The position numbers were made by a program, and so were the translations under genes. This document shows positions 1 through 12,200 of a stretch of 64,000 nt of DNA, in pieces. Under the pieces are notes generated by a model that was not told the DNA's origin, did no database searches, and saw only the letters and a program-made list of their open reading frames with translations. Numbering within the stretch: position 1 is the first letter of the stretch; each line of letters starts with the position of its first letter. This DNA comes from Chrysemys picta bellii (lineage: Eukaryota), in contig NC_088794.1 in NCBI RefSeq assembly GCF_011386835.1, positions 12,958,001 through 13,022,000 on the forward strand. The letters run 5' to 3'.

Positions 1-2912
1 GCATGATGGGGCAGGTTTTCAGAGAATAGCCCAGTACTTGGAGACTGCGGTACAGTCTCATTGTGCATTAATTAAAAAGGCAACAGCCATTATGATTTCT
101 TATCATGTAGGCTAGCAGAACGTCTACTGCATCCTTAAAAGCTTGCTAGAAAGAACTGTCTCTTTGTCACTGACAGAGAGATTTATTCCTTGCATGTCCA
201 ACTTTGCACCAATCAGCCTCGCTGTGAGTTGTTCTTGTATCATGGCAGAGTTTATCATATATATGCAAATCATAGGTCAGCTCAGAAGTCAACTAAAGAT
301 TACTCAAATCCCACACCATAGTCTTTCTGAAAGGAGACTGCTTGCTTATTCTATTCTAAGGAGCGTATCAAAGAAATGTCATACAAACTGCATGCCTGGA
401 ATTAGTGATAATCACACTGCAGAGAGGAAAAACTGCATACCAGAGGTGGCTTTTAGGTTTTTGGATATCTCAGAGAATTTTTGTCTCTAAAAGTAGCACA
501 AAGCACTTAGTGGTTAGAACCCCTTCTCTGAATCCTAGCCCATGTCAGATCAGCCCCACATTTGTGAAGAAGAGATTAAAATAGCTCAAGAGAAGCAAGC
601 AGGTGTTATCTGTGTGCACTAGTCCTCTGCATACAAACTAGCAACGCCCGATGAGCCGTCTATAAACTAGCGTCCCACTGAGATCCGAGCAGCCACGAGT
701 CTTTGGGAGTATGTGCGACTGCCCATCACAACTCCAGGGCTATCTGGGGAAGGAACATGAAGAACTGCCGCTGGCAGACTCATTCCACCTGTGTCAGTTC
801 TCACAGGGGAGCCGTAAGCTGCTGGTGGGTTCCCCTGTAACTAGTGGCAGTAAATAGTTATAGAAGGCTCCATAGGTCCCAGCTGGGATCGGGCCCCACT
901 GTGCTGGGTGCTGCATGAGCATGGAAGAGACGCATCTCACACCCACAGAGCTTTCACTCTAATGGCCCTAACAGGCAAAGGGCAGGGGATGCCCCAGACA
1001 AGCTCAGGCACCCAGGGAGCTCAGCCCTGTGAATGCCACGAGCAGCAGGTGTTGGCTTTAATCGTTAGGAGCAAGGGAACAGCCCCAGCTTGTCATCTGA
1101 TGTTACCGACAAACACCTGAGCTCACTCCCTGGTCCTGAGGAGACCAGTGCTGCTCTTCCTGTCTCTAATTCTCTGGTGTCAGTCAGTCCTGGGGGGCAG
1201 GGTGATGCCAGGGGGCACTGGCCCAGAGCGCTCTGAAATGGGGCAGAGCCAGTGTCCATTCTTACCAGGGGCCCAAGGGGAGCCCCTGACTTCCAGCTGG
1301 AGGTGACCACTGGGTTGGGATGCAGGCACGTCCCAACCCACTCACCCCTAGCATCCATGCCTGCACCAAGGACCCGATCAGCATGCAACCACCCGAGCTT
1401 AGCCGAGGCCCAGCATGCTGTGTCCGAGGGGCCTGGTAAGCCTGGAACCTAAGCACCCTGGGACCCTTGCCCACTGGACAGGCCAGTGAGGAAGCATTCC
1501 CTCCAGTGTGTCTGTGACCGTGGCTGTCTTGGTCAGCACCAGAGACTGAATCCAGCCCCTGGAGAACTAAAGCAGCAGCTCCTACAGGACCAAGCCCCCT
1601 GGCAGGGCGCTGTCCCAGCCTGGTACTTCTGTGGCTCAGGCACTGAGGGGTGCATAGATACCTTTCATAGAGCTCTGCCAGTCTAGTGTTAAATGCCTTG
1701 AGATGGGATCTCCTGAGTCCCGTTCATTGCAAGACGATCACAGCATTAGTTGTTCAGCCTCCTTTCACACTGAGATTTTTAATATCTGGAGCTACAGTAA
1801 ATCACAGTTGACTCAGGTATAATCACATGAATCAGAGATCCAGATAATGAGATCCTCCAAGCAGTTTCCCTTTATAGGCAGCTGAGAAAGCATATTTGTC
1901 ACTCACATCTGACGGAAAACAGAATCATTATCTAGCCCTTTGATTAAATTATATGAACCACACATTTATCCGTCGCATTGGACTGCAGCAGTGACAGAAC
2001 CTGAACAAATCCCCTTAAAATGTACATCTTCATTGGCATGTTTTATCCAAAGATAAGTTGAATCCATACAGCATATTTATAACCCCTCAACTCTCAACCC
2101 CGGCCTGTGATGTCTCTGCAAGGTAGTGGGGGAGTGCTGGGGAGATGTTAGGAACCAAGTAACCAAGCGAGTATCTGTCTCCGTGTACCGAATGCCAGAC
2201 CTTGTCCAACACTGCTTGTCCAACACTGCTTAACGTTGGGCAGTGACTCTTAGGCCCCCATATTCCATCTACATTAATATAACAGAGAACTTGGGCTCTA
2301 TCAGCTAGGGAGAGCAGGTCAGGAGTCTGCCTCGTCTCAGTGGTGACAGCAATGCTGTTTATAGCATGCTGCCCTGCTGGGGCGCTCAGGGCCCTGGAGG
2401 AACCATTTGAAATCTAATATAATTAAACCTGTAAACAATCAATATAAAAACTGATACAATACTTTTAACAAGCCCCACCATGTGGTGCCACTTAAATGAA
2501 TCCACCAACCAACCATCCTGGGGCAACATCAGCAATAGCAGGCTATGTAGTGACAATTAGATTACAGCTGCCACACAGATCTACCCACAGTTACACCATG
2601 GGAGGAAAGCACAACACCGTTCATACTGGCTTTGGGAACACCTGCTAACAGGTCGGGCAGAGTGAGAATTCCCTGGTGCAATGACTGCCTCAGGACCCCA
2701 GGTGCTGCAGTGCAGTGAACAGCACCTGTCTATCTCCCGCTATCCTGAGGATTGGGAGCACTGACTAGTATTTGTGATTGGTTCAGCCCGATGCTGCTGT
2801 TCTCTGTGACCATAGTTAGCGCAGCAGCTTGATGGGGACCAGGCTCTGGCACAGACAGCCAAGCAATCATGTTTGTGAACATACTTAAATCGTTTTGGTT
2901 CCCCCTTCCAGT

Positions 2913-3304
2913 TACAGGCACCAACTTTCCATTGTGCCAGCAGGGCTCGACCCCTGGCTCTGCCCCAGGCCCCACCCCCATGCCACCCCTTCCCTCAAAG
3001 CCACACCCCGCCCTGCCCCGCCCCACCCACCTCTTCCCACCCCCACTCCACCCCCACCCCGCCTCTTTCCGCCCCCTCCGAGCGCGCCCCCAGCCTCCTG
3101 CATGCTGCGAAACAGCTAATTGCAGCGGGCGGCAGGAGCAGAGAGGGAGGGGAAAGTGCTGATCGGCGGGGCTCACCAGTGGGCAGGAGCCGTTGTGGGG
3201 AGGGGGAGGTGCTGATAGGGGGGCTGCCAGTGGGTTCGCAGCACCCACCATTTTTTCCCCATGGGTGCTCCAGCCTCGGAGCATCCACAGAGTCAGCGCC
3301 TATG
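2913..3304. mobile_element. Non-autonomous hAT-type MITE, GC-rich interior
   Basis: Imperfect TIRs tacaggcaccaact...agtcagcgcctatg; 8-bp TSD cttccagt (2905-2912) / ctcccagt (3305-3312), 7/8 match. Confidence 0.75.
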
Positions 3305-3708
3305 CTCCCAGTATTTCACTGGCATGAAGGACTTCCCCCAGGTGTCCTGTGGATGAAAGAAAAAGAGTAGGCATGGCCCCGATTCTCCTGGCTTTACCCA
3401 GCTAAAACAAGCCAACCCTCTATCTGTTGGCCAAGTGGGGGAAAAATCGCCTAGGATAAAATTAGTACAAACACCCGTCTGTATGGGTGAATATCTAGCA
3501 AGTGGAAATCTTTGGTTCACTCACAGGTCTGCAGCCAATGAGTCCAATGCCCAGGAAAGGAGAGCAAAGCAAGGCTAGGCCCTGAGGTGCTGCAAAGAAG
3601 CACCACCCATGCTGTGATGTCCCTAGCCAATCCATGTTAATGGATGTGTAGTGTGAGGCCCATCCCAGCCAGCTCTCCTGGAGGAGAGTTCTCAGCGGTG
3701 TCCTCTAA

Positions 3709-3978
3709 GGCTATGTCTACACTATGGACCTTACAGCTTCACAGCTGTGCCACTGCAGCTGCACCGCTGTAAGGTGTCCTGTGTAGCCGCTCTATGCCAT
3801 TGGGAAAGAGCTCTCCTGCCGGCATAATTAAACCACCCCCAATGAGCGGCGGTAGCTGTGTTCGCAGGAGACGCTCTCCCACCGGCATAGCGCTGTCCAC
3901 ACTGGTGCTTTTGTTGATGAAACTTATGTCCGTTAGGGGGGTCTTTTTGCCAACAAAAGTGCTAGTGTAGACATAGAC
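3709..3978. mobile_element. PIF/Harbinger-type MITE
   Basis: TIRs ggctatgtctacacta / tagtgtagacatagac; preceded by TAA; right TSD degraded. Confidence 0.75.
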
Positions 3979-5031
3979 AAAGTGTCAGTTCATCATAACC
4001 AATCAGGCGTTAGCTGCATGTTTCCTACTAATGTTGTGTTGAGCTGATTTCACAGCAAGTAGCATTTTCAATAAGTGTTAAATTAAAGTTTGGGGAAATC
4101 TCTTTAAATTATATCTCAAATAAGCATTTAATGTCGATGTGAAGATTTGCTTTCTCTGGGAGGGGAGGAATTTAAGGTCCATTATCTTTGCAGCAGGAGA
4201 GAGAGGTACGTTTTCAATGCCTTGACTATGAAACCTGTGTTGCTGTCAGAGGAGATATTCATAAAATGAATGAAGGGAAGCGATGAAGGTTAGGAATGAT
4301 ACAAAGTGCTCTAAGCCTCCAAAACAAGGGGAGGAGGTGCTGGAGCTGAACATTGGGCATTATCTTCAGCGAAATAAAAACAGTCCTTTCAGGCGACAAA
4401 CTGCAAGAAAATCAATCGTTTCATGTAGCTCTTAATGGTTTTTGGTAAACTTTCCTGGTCTCAAGCCAGAGGCTGCTAATGTCATGTAATCTTTCATTAT
4501 TAACTACAATAGTCACTGATTTCAAGAGATGTATGTTGCGTTTTCAAAGGTTAATCAATAGTTTATAATTGCAAAACCATTTCAATCAACAGGAAGAGCC
4601 AAGATGACTGGGGACTGACTGTATCAAGGGTTAATAAAACAAAATACAAATGGAATCCAGCACCTGAGTATAGATAAATAATTACTAGGGGTGTCAAGCG
4701 ATTAACCAAATTAATTGCAATTAATCGCGTGATTAAACAATAATAGAATACAATTTATTTAAATATTTTGGATGTTTTCTACATTTTCAGATATATTGAT
4801 TTCACTTACAACACAGAATACAAAGTGTACAGTGCTCGCTTTATATTTATTTTTATTACAAATATTTGCATTGTAAAAAACAAAAGAAGTAGTATTTATC
4901 AATTCACCTAATACAAGTACTGTAGTGCAATCTCTTTATCATGAAAGTTGAACTCACAAATGTAGAATTATGTACAAAAAAACGGAATTCAAAAATAAAA
5001 CAATGTAAAACTTTAGAGCCTACAAGTCCAA

Positions 5032-5600
5032 TCAGTCCTGCTTCTTGTTCAGCCAATCGCTCGGACAGACACGTTTGTTTACATTTGCAGAAGATAATGC
5101 TGCCTGCTTCTTGTTTACAATGTCACCTGAAAATGAGAACAGGCATTTGCATGGCACTGTTGTAGTCAGTGTCACGAGATATTTTGATGCGAAATGAACT
5201 AAAGAGTCAAATGTGCTTCGACCACCATTCCAGAGGACACGCGTCCATGCGGATGATGGGTTCTGCTCGATAATGATCCAAAGCAGTGCAGACCAATGCA
5301 TGTTCATTTTCATCATCTGAGTCAGATGCCACCAGCAGAAGGTTGATTTTCTTTTTTGGTGGTTTGGGTTCTGTAGTTTCCGCATCAGAGTGTTGTTCTT
5401 TTAAGACTTCTGAACGCACACTCCACACTTCGTCCCTCTCAGATTTTGGATGGCACTTCAGATTCTTAAATCTTGGGTCGAGTGTTGTAGCTATCTATAG
5501 ACATTTCACATTGGTACCTTCTTTGTATTTTGTCAAATTTTCAGTGAAAGTGTTCTTAAGACGAACATGTGCTCGGTCATCATCTGAGACTCTTATAACA
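5032..5600 (-). pseudogene. Frameshifted hAT transposase C-terminal (dimerisation domain) fragment
   Basis: ORF pieces CPLEWWSKH and KYLVTLTTTVPCKCLFSFSGDIVNKKQAALSSANVNK match the hAT C-terminal WW...A(T/S)S..ER.FS pattern. Confidence 0.85.
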
Positions 5601-5667
5601 TGAAATATATGGCAGAATGCGGGCAAAACAGAGCAGGAGACATATAATTCTCCCCCAAGGAATTCAG

Positions 5668-6899
5668 TCTCTTTCCTGATTAGTTGTAGCTAAATTAGCC
5701 CCCATCATATTGTATGTATAGTTGGGGTTATTTTTTCCAATGTGCATTACTTTACATTTATCCACATTAAATTTCATTTGCCATTTTGTTGTGCAATTAC
5801 TTAGTTTTGTGAGATCTTTTTGAAGTTCTTCACAGTCTGCTTTGGTCTTAACTATCTTGAGCAGTTTAGTATCATCTGCAAACTTTGCCACCTCACTGTT
5901 TACCCCTTTCTCCAGATCATTTATGAATGAGTTGAATAGGATTGGTCCGAGGACTGACCCTTGGGGAACACCGCTAGTTACCCCTCTCCATTCTGAAAAT
6001 TTACCATTTATTCCTACCCTTTGTTCCTTGTCTTTTAACCAGTTCTCAATCCATGAAAGGATCTTCCATCTCATCCCATGACAATTTACGTAAGAGCCTT
6101 TGATGTGGGACTTTGTCAAAGGCTTTCTGAAAATCTAAGTATATTATGTCCACTGGATCCCCCTTGTCCACATGTTTGTTGACCCCTTCAAAGAACTCTA
6201 ATAGATTAGTAAGACATGATTTCCCTTTACAGAAACCATGTTGACTTTTGCCCAACAATTTATGTTCTTCTATGTGTCTGACAATTTTATTCTTTATTAT
6301 TGTTTCAACTGATTTGCCCGGTACTGACGTTAGACTTACTGGTCTGTAATTGCCGGGATCACCTCTAGAGCCCTTTTTAAATATTGGCGTTATAGTAGCT
6401 ATCTTCCAGTCATTGGGTACAGAAGCTGATTTAAAGGACAGGTTGCAAACCATAGTTAATAGTTCCGCAATTTCACATTTGAGTTCTTTCAGAACTCTTG
6501 GGTGAATGCCATCTGGTCCCAGTGACTTGTTACTGTTAAGTTTATCAATTAATTCCTAAACCTCCTCTAGTGACACTTCAATCTGTGACAATTCCTCAGA
6601 TTTGTCACCTACCAAGGACCGCTCAGTTTTGGGAATCTCCCTAACATCCTCAGCCGTGAAGACTGAAGCAAAGAATTCATTTAGTTTCTCCGCAATGACT
6701 TTATCATCTTTAAGTGCTCCTTTTGTATCTCGATCGTCCAGGGGCCCCACTGGTTGTTTAGCAGGCTTCCTGCTTCTGATGTACTTAAAAATTTTTTAAG
6801 TACTTTTGTCATTACCTTTTGAGTTTTTGGCTAGCTGTTCTTCAAACTCCTTTTTGGCTTTTCTTATTACATTTTTACACTTAATTTGGCAGCGTTTAT
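5668..6899 (-). mobile_element. CR1 LINE ORF2 internal fragment (RT region), truncated at both ends
   Basis: ORFs 6556-6750, 6046-6453, 5664-6119 give CR1 motifs PIFKKG..DPGNYRPVSLTS, YLDFQKAFDKVPH, GVPQGSVLGP, KFADD; no 3' (ATTCTRTG)n tail. Confidence 0.93.
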
Positions 6900-8495
6900 T
6901 TTTTTGAGTAAATCGTGTGACTTAACTGTGATTAATCAACAATCCTAATAATTACCCAGCAAATATCTGCAGTTTTAGCACAGAGGAGTGAATGCTGCAG
7001 TTTTAGCGCAGAGGAGTGAAAATGGCTCTCTGATGAGTAACATGAAGGGTTGCTCCAGGCACAGACCAAGGAAGCCTCCTAATGCAGCAGCACTGACACC
7101 TCTGCATTGTACCCTTCACTGCCAATGATGTTAGAACGGAGCAAGTCTGACAAAGGGAGAGACTCGTGGTGGAGAGAGAGGTGAAGTGAGGTTGAGGCCA
7201 TTCCTATCTGTCTGTAATGGGCTGCCCTGGTGGGAATTTAACAGACAGGTTATCTTTAGATAGCACCTTTTCATCCCCAAGTGCTTTACAAACGATTGAA
7301 GTACAGAAAGCAACCCAAGTGCAGCCATCTCTGGGGCACAATCTCTCTGTCTAACCTAGGCATCTCAGCACCTGGGACAACGTTCCACAGTAAAGTTATT
7401 CTTCCAAGAACATCTCGGGAGTCAACCCCGTGGGTTCTGTGGCATAGCCAAAGTGCTAGTATTAGTCAGCTGCAGCACCAAGAAGCAGATACTATCCTGG
7501 TGAGAAAACTGAAGCAGGGAAATGCAGACAGATGTGTGTATTATTTTGTCAAGAGACGTGTATCCCTCGTGCTAAATACAGAGCAGCGGTGTTTAGAATC
7601 CTGTGCACAAGCTGGCTGTCTGCCTGTCTGTCCATCCATCTGTTGGCTTTCATTGTCGTGTGCCCTTGACACATTAAACTGCAAACCCAGAGCACCCACA
7701 TGTCTGGAGTTCTGAACAGGGGTGTGTAAGTAATGGGAAGCCTTAGGGGTCAGCACTGGGCTCCGGAGCTGGGGGTTCCAGCTCTCCTGAGCGGGTACTA
7801 GACAGAGATACTGCATCCTGAAAACATGCTAGAGACCCCGCCGCGGGCAAGGCCCGGACTGAGGTTGGACTCAGGAGGCTCAAAGAGCACATGGGTCCAG
7901 CAAGGTGGGCGCCAAACACAATAGACATGGGAGTGTCCGTCCTGAAGGGAGCTTACCAGGGCTCTGTGTGTGTGCATGTGCAACACAGGGTTTAATGGAA
8001 TATTATTGGTTGTAGTTAGGTTAATTAGTCCAAATCAGACCCATTATTTCAGAGAGCTACAGAATATCGCAACTCCATCGCACACATCTCTTTCCCTTAT
8101 GCTTAACATTGCTGTTCACTGTGCCTCTTTGGGTTCTTCACTTCAGAGATAAAGAAATAAACCTCAGCTTAACATTGTATGGAAAAGAGATACATCCTTC
8201 CTGGTTCTCTCAAAAGGGTAACAATGTGGCAGCGCATAAAATACTACAGGAGTTTATTTAACTAATGAATGATGGAGGAGAATGTGAAACTTCTGAGCGT
8301 GCGCTAGCAATCACAGGGAGTCGGGAGAAGACGCTAGCAGGCAAGGCAGATGTACGAGAAATATCAGACAAGACAATTATGTCCCCAGACTGCTGAAAAT
8401 TAACTGGTTTCAGAGTAACAGCCGTGTTAGTCTGTATCCGCAAAAAGAAGAACAGGAGTACTTGTGGCACCTTAGAGACTAACAAATTTATTAGA

Positions 8496-8535
8496 GCATA
8501 AGCTTTCGTGGACTACAGCCCACTTCTTCGGATGC
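8496..8535 (-). ncRNA. Minimal type-I hammerhead ribozyme motif in PLE pLTR
   Basis: gcat-CCGAAGA-a-gtgggc tgta gtccac-GAAA-gc-tt-atgc: stem I, core (U4C variant), stem II, GAAA, palindromic short stem III. Confidence 0.65.
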
Positions 8536-8915
8536 ATATAGAATGGAACATATATTGAGGAGATATATATACACACATACAGAGAGCATAAACAGGTGGG
8601 AGTTGTCCTACCAACTCTGAGAGGCCAACCAATTAAGAGAAAAAAAACTTTTGAAGTGATAATCAAGCTAGCCGAGCACAGACAGCCTGATAGACTGGGA
8701 ATGGCTGAGCCATTACAAACATTGACTCTATCTCCCCTTGTAAGTACTCTCACACTTATTATCAGGCTGTCTGTGCTCGGCTAGCTTGATTATCACTTCA
8801 AAAGTTTTTTTTCTCTTAATTGGTTGGCCTCTCAGAGTTGGTAGACAACTCCCACCTGTTTATGCTCTCTGTATGTGTGTATATATATCTCCTCAATATA
8901 TGTTCCATTCTATAT

Positions 8916-8955
8916 GCATCCGAAGAAGTGGGCTGTAGTCCATGAAAGCTTATGC
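8916..8955 (+). ncRNA. Minimal hammerhead motif, stem II closing C>T variant
   Basis: gcatccgaagaagtgggctgtagtccatgaaagcttatgc. Confidence 0.55.
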
Positions 8956-9048
8956 TCTAATAAATTTGTTAGTCTCTAAGGTGCCACAAGTACTCCTGTT
9001 CTTCTTTTTGAAAATTAACTGGCTGCTTCACTGCTTTTCCCAGGGAAG

Positions 9049-9283
9049 GTTTCAGAGTAGCAGCCGTGTTAGTCTGTATCCGCAAAAAGAAGAACAGGAG
9101 GACTTGTGGCACCTTAGAGACTAACAAATTTATTAGAGCATAAGCTTTCGTGGACTACAGCCCACTTCTTCGGATGCATGTTCCATTCTATATGCATCCG
9201 AAGAAGTGGGCTGTAGTCCACAAAAGCTTATGCTCTAATAAATTTGTTAGTCTCTAAGGTGCCACAAGTACTCCTGTTCTTCT
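9049..9283. mobile_element. Second PLE fold-back insertion
   Basis: ~100-bp inverted arms around a short loop; 14-bp TSD ttttcccagggaag (9035-9048, 9284-9297). Confidence 0.88.
9138..9177 (-). ncRNA. Minimal hammerhead motif (intact copy)
   Basis: Identical to the 8496-8535 motif; the partner + copy at 9194-9233 has GAAA>AAAA and is probably dead. Confidence 0.62.
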
Positions 9284-12200
9284 TTTTCCCAGGGAAGAAA
9301 TTATTTTCTTTTTGCCAGCGGTTGGGTCTCTGTGGGATATGAATAATCACCAAGAAAAACAATGACTGATACCCATTTGGGTTTTTGCTGAGTGTATTTG
9401 ACCCTGGATGAGGGCTCCATAAGCATTTCACTTCCTTCCACTCTATTTTAGTGGGAATATGAGCCTCGGGAATGGTGAACAGTTACTTGGCAAGAGGGCA
9501 CTGGTCCAGCCCTCTCAGCGGCTCTCAGGATGTATTTACATGGGGTTTCAGCCAGCAAGAGCTCCGTGAGGGGCTTCTGCCCACTGGGTGTATTTCACTA
9601 AGGGACTCAACTTGGACTGTCTCACATTGTCTGTTCTAATCCTGGTGTTGCCATCTCCACTGGAAAGTCTGCGTCTCCCCCTTTGAGTCCAGCAAAGCAC
9701 ACAATAGAGACTGAAGTGTGAGGGACATAGCAGGATGGGTGGGTTGGAGGGGGGACACTGTGACTGGTCAGTGACTGAGGAGGGGAAATGGATGGCGGTG
9801 AAATACAATGTTTTCTTCTACATAAAAAAACATCTTCTGAATCGGAGTACACAATTCCTCTCCCAGAACTGGTGCTTCAGCTTTCCTTCTCTGGGTGAGG
9901 TTTTGTACCGGATTCTGTGGTTTTCCCCTGCAGATTGCTCTGTGGAGGAGTTAGATGGTCTCCTATTAGAAATCCACAGGATGTAAATAGAGTCCTTTTC
10001 TAAACCCAATAATTCATCTAGAATGTGTACGCTTGCAAATGAAAACCAAGACTTGTTCTAAATTACATTACCCCCTTCCATGTGTGGAACTGCCTGATGA
10101 TATTTCCCTCCTCTCTCTATCTTGTTAATTATCTGTACGTGTTCCTAGCTTACACTGGAAACCCAGCCCTTACTAGATTTGCAAGTAATAAACTAAAAAG
10201 AATGACAGCTCCTGATCTTCCCTGGAGAGCGGCCTGGAGGCTGCAATACCTCACTGCAGGACTTCTTGACACATGCCAAAGGTGGATGTGTTCATTTTGG
10301 GGAGGCGTTACAGAGCAGCAGGAAAGCGCCTTATCTCCACAGGGGGTATTAGCTCTATTATCTACAAGAACACGGCACTTACTGTTCCCCTGTGATGTGT
10401 CTATAAGAGTTCAGCCAAATCTAAAGGCAGTGGCAAAAAGTCCACATCTGGGGACCAGAAGAAAGGGTTTAATTTACAGCTGCAGTGTTAGCTTGTGGCA
10501 TGGAAGGAGAAGAAAGGTGCTAAGAAGTCCAGGAAGACTTTAACAGATGCCATAACTAGTGATTTACTAACCTGTCTGCTTCCACTCATACACAATTTGC
10601 TCTTCAACCTACGGATCAGCTCCGTCAGCAGCCCCAGCAAACTGTGCTTGGTTTTAGGGTTTTGATATCACGCTAATGTGCTGAAGCCTCTTCCGAACTG
10701 CTCTGCGTCCGTCCAAGGTGCACAGGCTGTCAGAGCAGAAAGCAGCACGTACGGCAATGTCACCCCTTAGTTTGCCACTCCGGGGCTTTGAGGCAGCACC
10801 ACTTGGCTTTTGCAGAGACCCACCCCAGCCTGTGTTCTGCTTTCTCAGCCCTTGTGTCTTTGCTCTATCAAGCCTCTGAATTGTCCAGTTCCCTGGATGG
10901 GAGCTCAGTGTTGACTGTCTGGTCTGCAGAGCTGTAATAAAATGAAAACATAGGGCCAAATTCTGTTCTGTTATTCCAGTGTGAAACCAGAGTGACACCA
11001 CTGCAGTCAGTAGTTACTCCAGATTGATATTGGTTTCGCCCAAACGTTAGGTGGTGGGGTGGAGGCTGTGTTGTGCTGAAGTGGAGCATGGGCGCCCCAT
11101 GGGGTATCAAAAGTAACTCCCTCCCTGTCAACCAGAAAGAATCCAATAGCATCAGTTCTTCCCTGGCCTGAATAAAGAGACATCCCGAATTTGTGTGAAC
11201 AATTGAACCCTTTGTGACCACTGACTGCACCAGCTGAGAATCCGGCTCAATCCATGTAAAATTAACTTCTGCCAAGTGAAGAAAAAGAAAGGGCACATTT
11301 TACCTGCAGAACAATCCGCTACTGGCTAATTTAATCACAGGCCAAAGCCGGATGTTTGCTACTGGGGTTTGCTACTGAAGCTGGTTTCTTTCATCAGAGA
11401 ACGTGGTGTTTGTTCTTTCAGCCCACGTCTCTGCAAAGCTGCGCAATCAGTACATCCTATCGGGAGCTGCAAGTATGGAAAGCCTGCAGGGAGCTGGTCT
11501 AAAAATTCTCAGAGAGGAAATATTTTGTTGTTCATTTGCAGAAATCGAAAACGGCAGCCAAGGAATTCCCAACATTATTTGAAACATGCACCCCCAGGGC
11601 CTCGCAGATCGCAGAGGCATCCCAGGAGAGCGAACCACAGGGTTTCAGGCAGGGCAGCAAGAACATCTTCGGTTAAAAGCGGAGTTCAGGGAGACGGAAG
11701 GTAATTGCCCACATGGCACCAGGCTTAGCACCCAACTCCATGACACATGTGACAGCGTCTTCAATGACCACAAGCAGCCAGGGCCTTGACTTGCGTCTGG
11801 TCAGCACCGCGCTGTCCAATCGGCCCAGCCCCATTCTAGTCCAGACTCAGGAGAAGAGCATCAGCTGCTGAGTTCCCACCCAGACACTGTGCAAGGACAC
11901 TGGATCAGTCCTGCTGTCAGCTGGCAATAAAGAGGAGGAAGGATCTGCTTGTACTGAATAAAAAGGGGGTGTTTGGGGAGGCCCTGCACAGACAGAGCCA
12001 GGAGGTCTCTCTAGCTCTCTAGGTCCCAGGCTGACAAAGCAGCCTGTGCTGATGAATGTCAGCACACAGGCCTCCCAGCCATGGAAGGGACTGTTAACTG
12101 CACTGCATTGCTACTGACCCTGAGAAACACATGCCCCTAATGAGCCCCCAGTACTCCTGAGGATCCCTCGGCCTTGCCCATAACCTCAAGCTCCCTGGAC

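Larger units (their letters stand above)
4686..6947 (-). mobile_element. hAT DNA transposon derivative carrying an internal CR1 fragment
   Basis: TIRs taggggtgtcaagcgattaa / attaatcaacaatccta; perfect 8-bp TSD ataattac (4678-4685, 6948-6955); transposase remnant inside. Confidence 0.9.
8408..9008. mobile_element. Penelope-like element (PLE) insertion: inverted pLTR plus 5'-truncated sense 3' end
   Basis: ~250-bp inverted arms (8442-8692 / 8760-9009); 67-bp spacer encodes a PLE-type ORF end DWEWLSHYKH*; 14-bp TSD tgaaaattaactgg (8394-8407, 9009-9022). Confidence 0.88.

Noticed and set aside
2730-3370. Several overlapping ORFs
   Set aside because: They span a GC-rich MITE and show no recognisable domain
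11800-11818. REST/RE1-like half-sites (tcagcacc..ctgtcc)
   Set aside because: Half-site orientation and spacing are non-canonical
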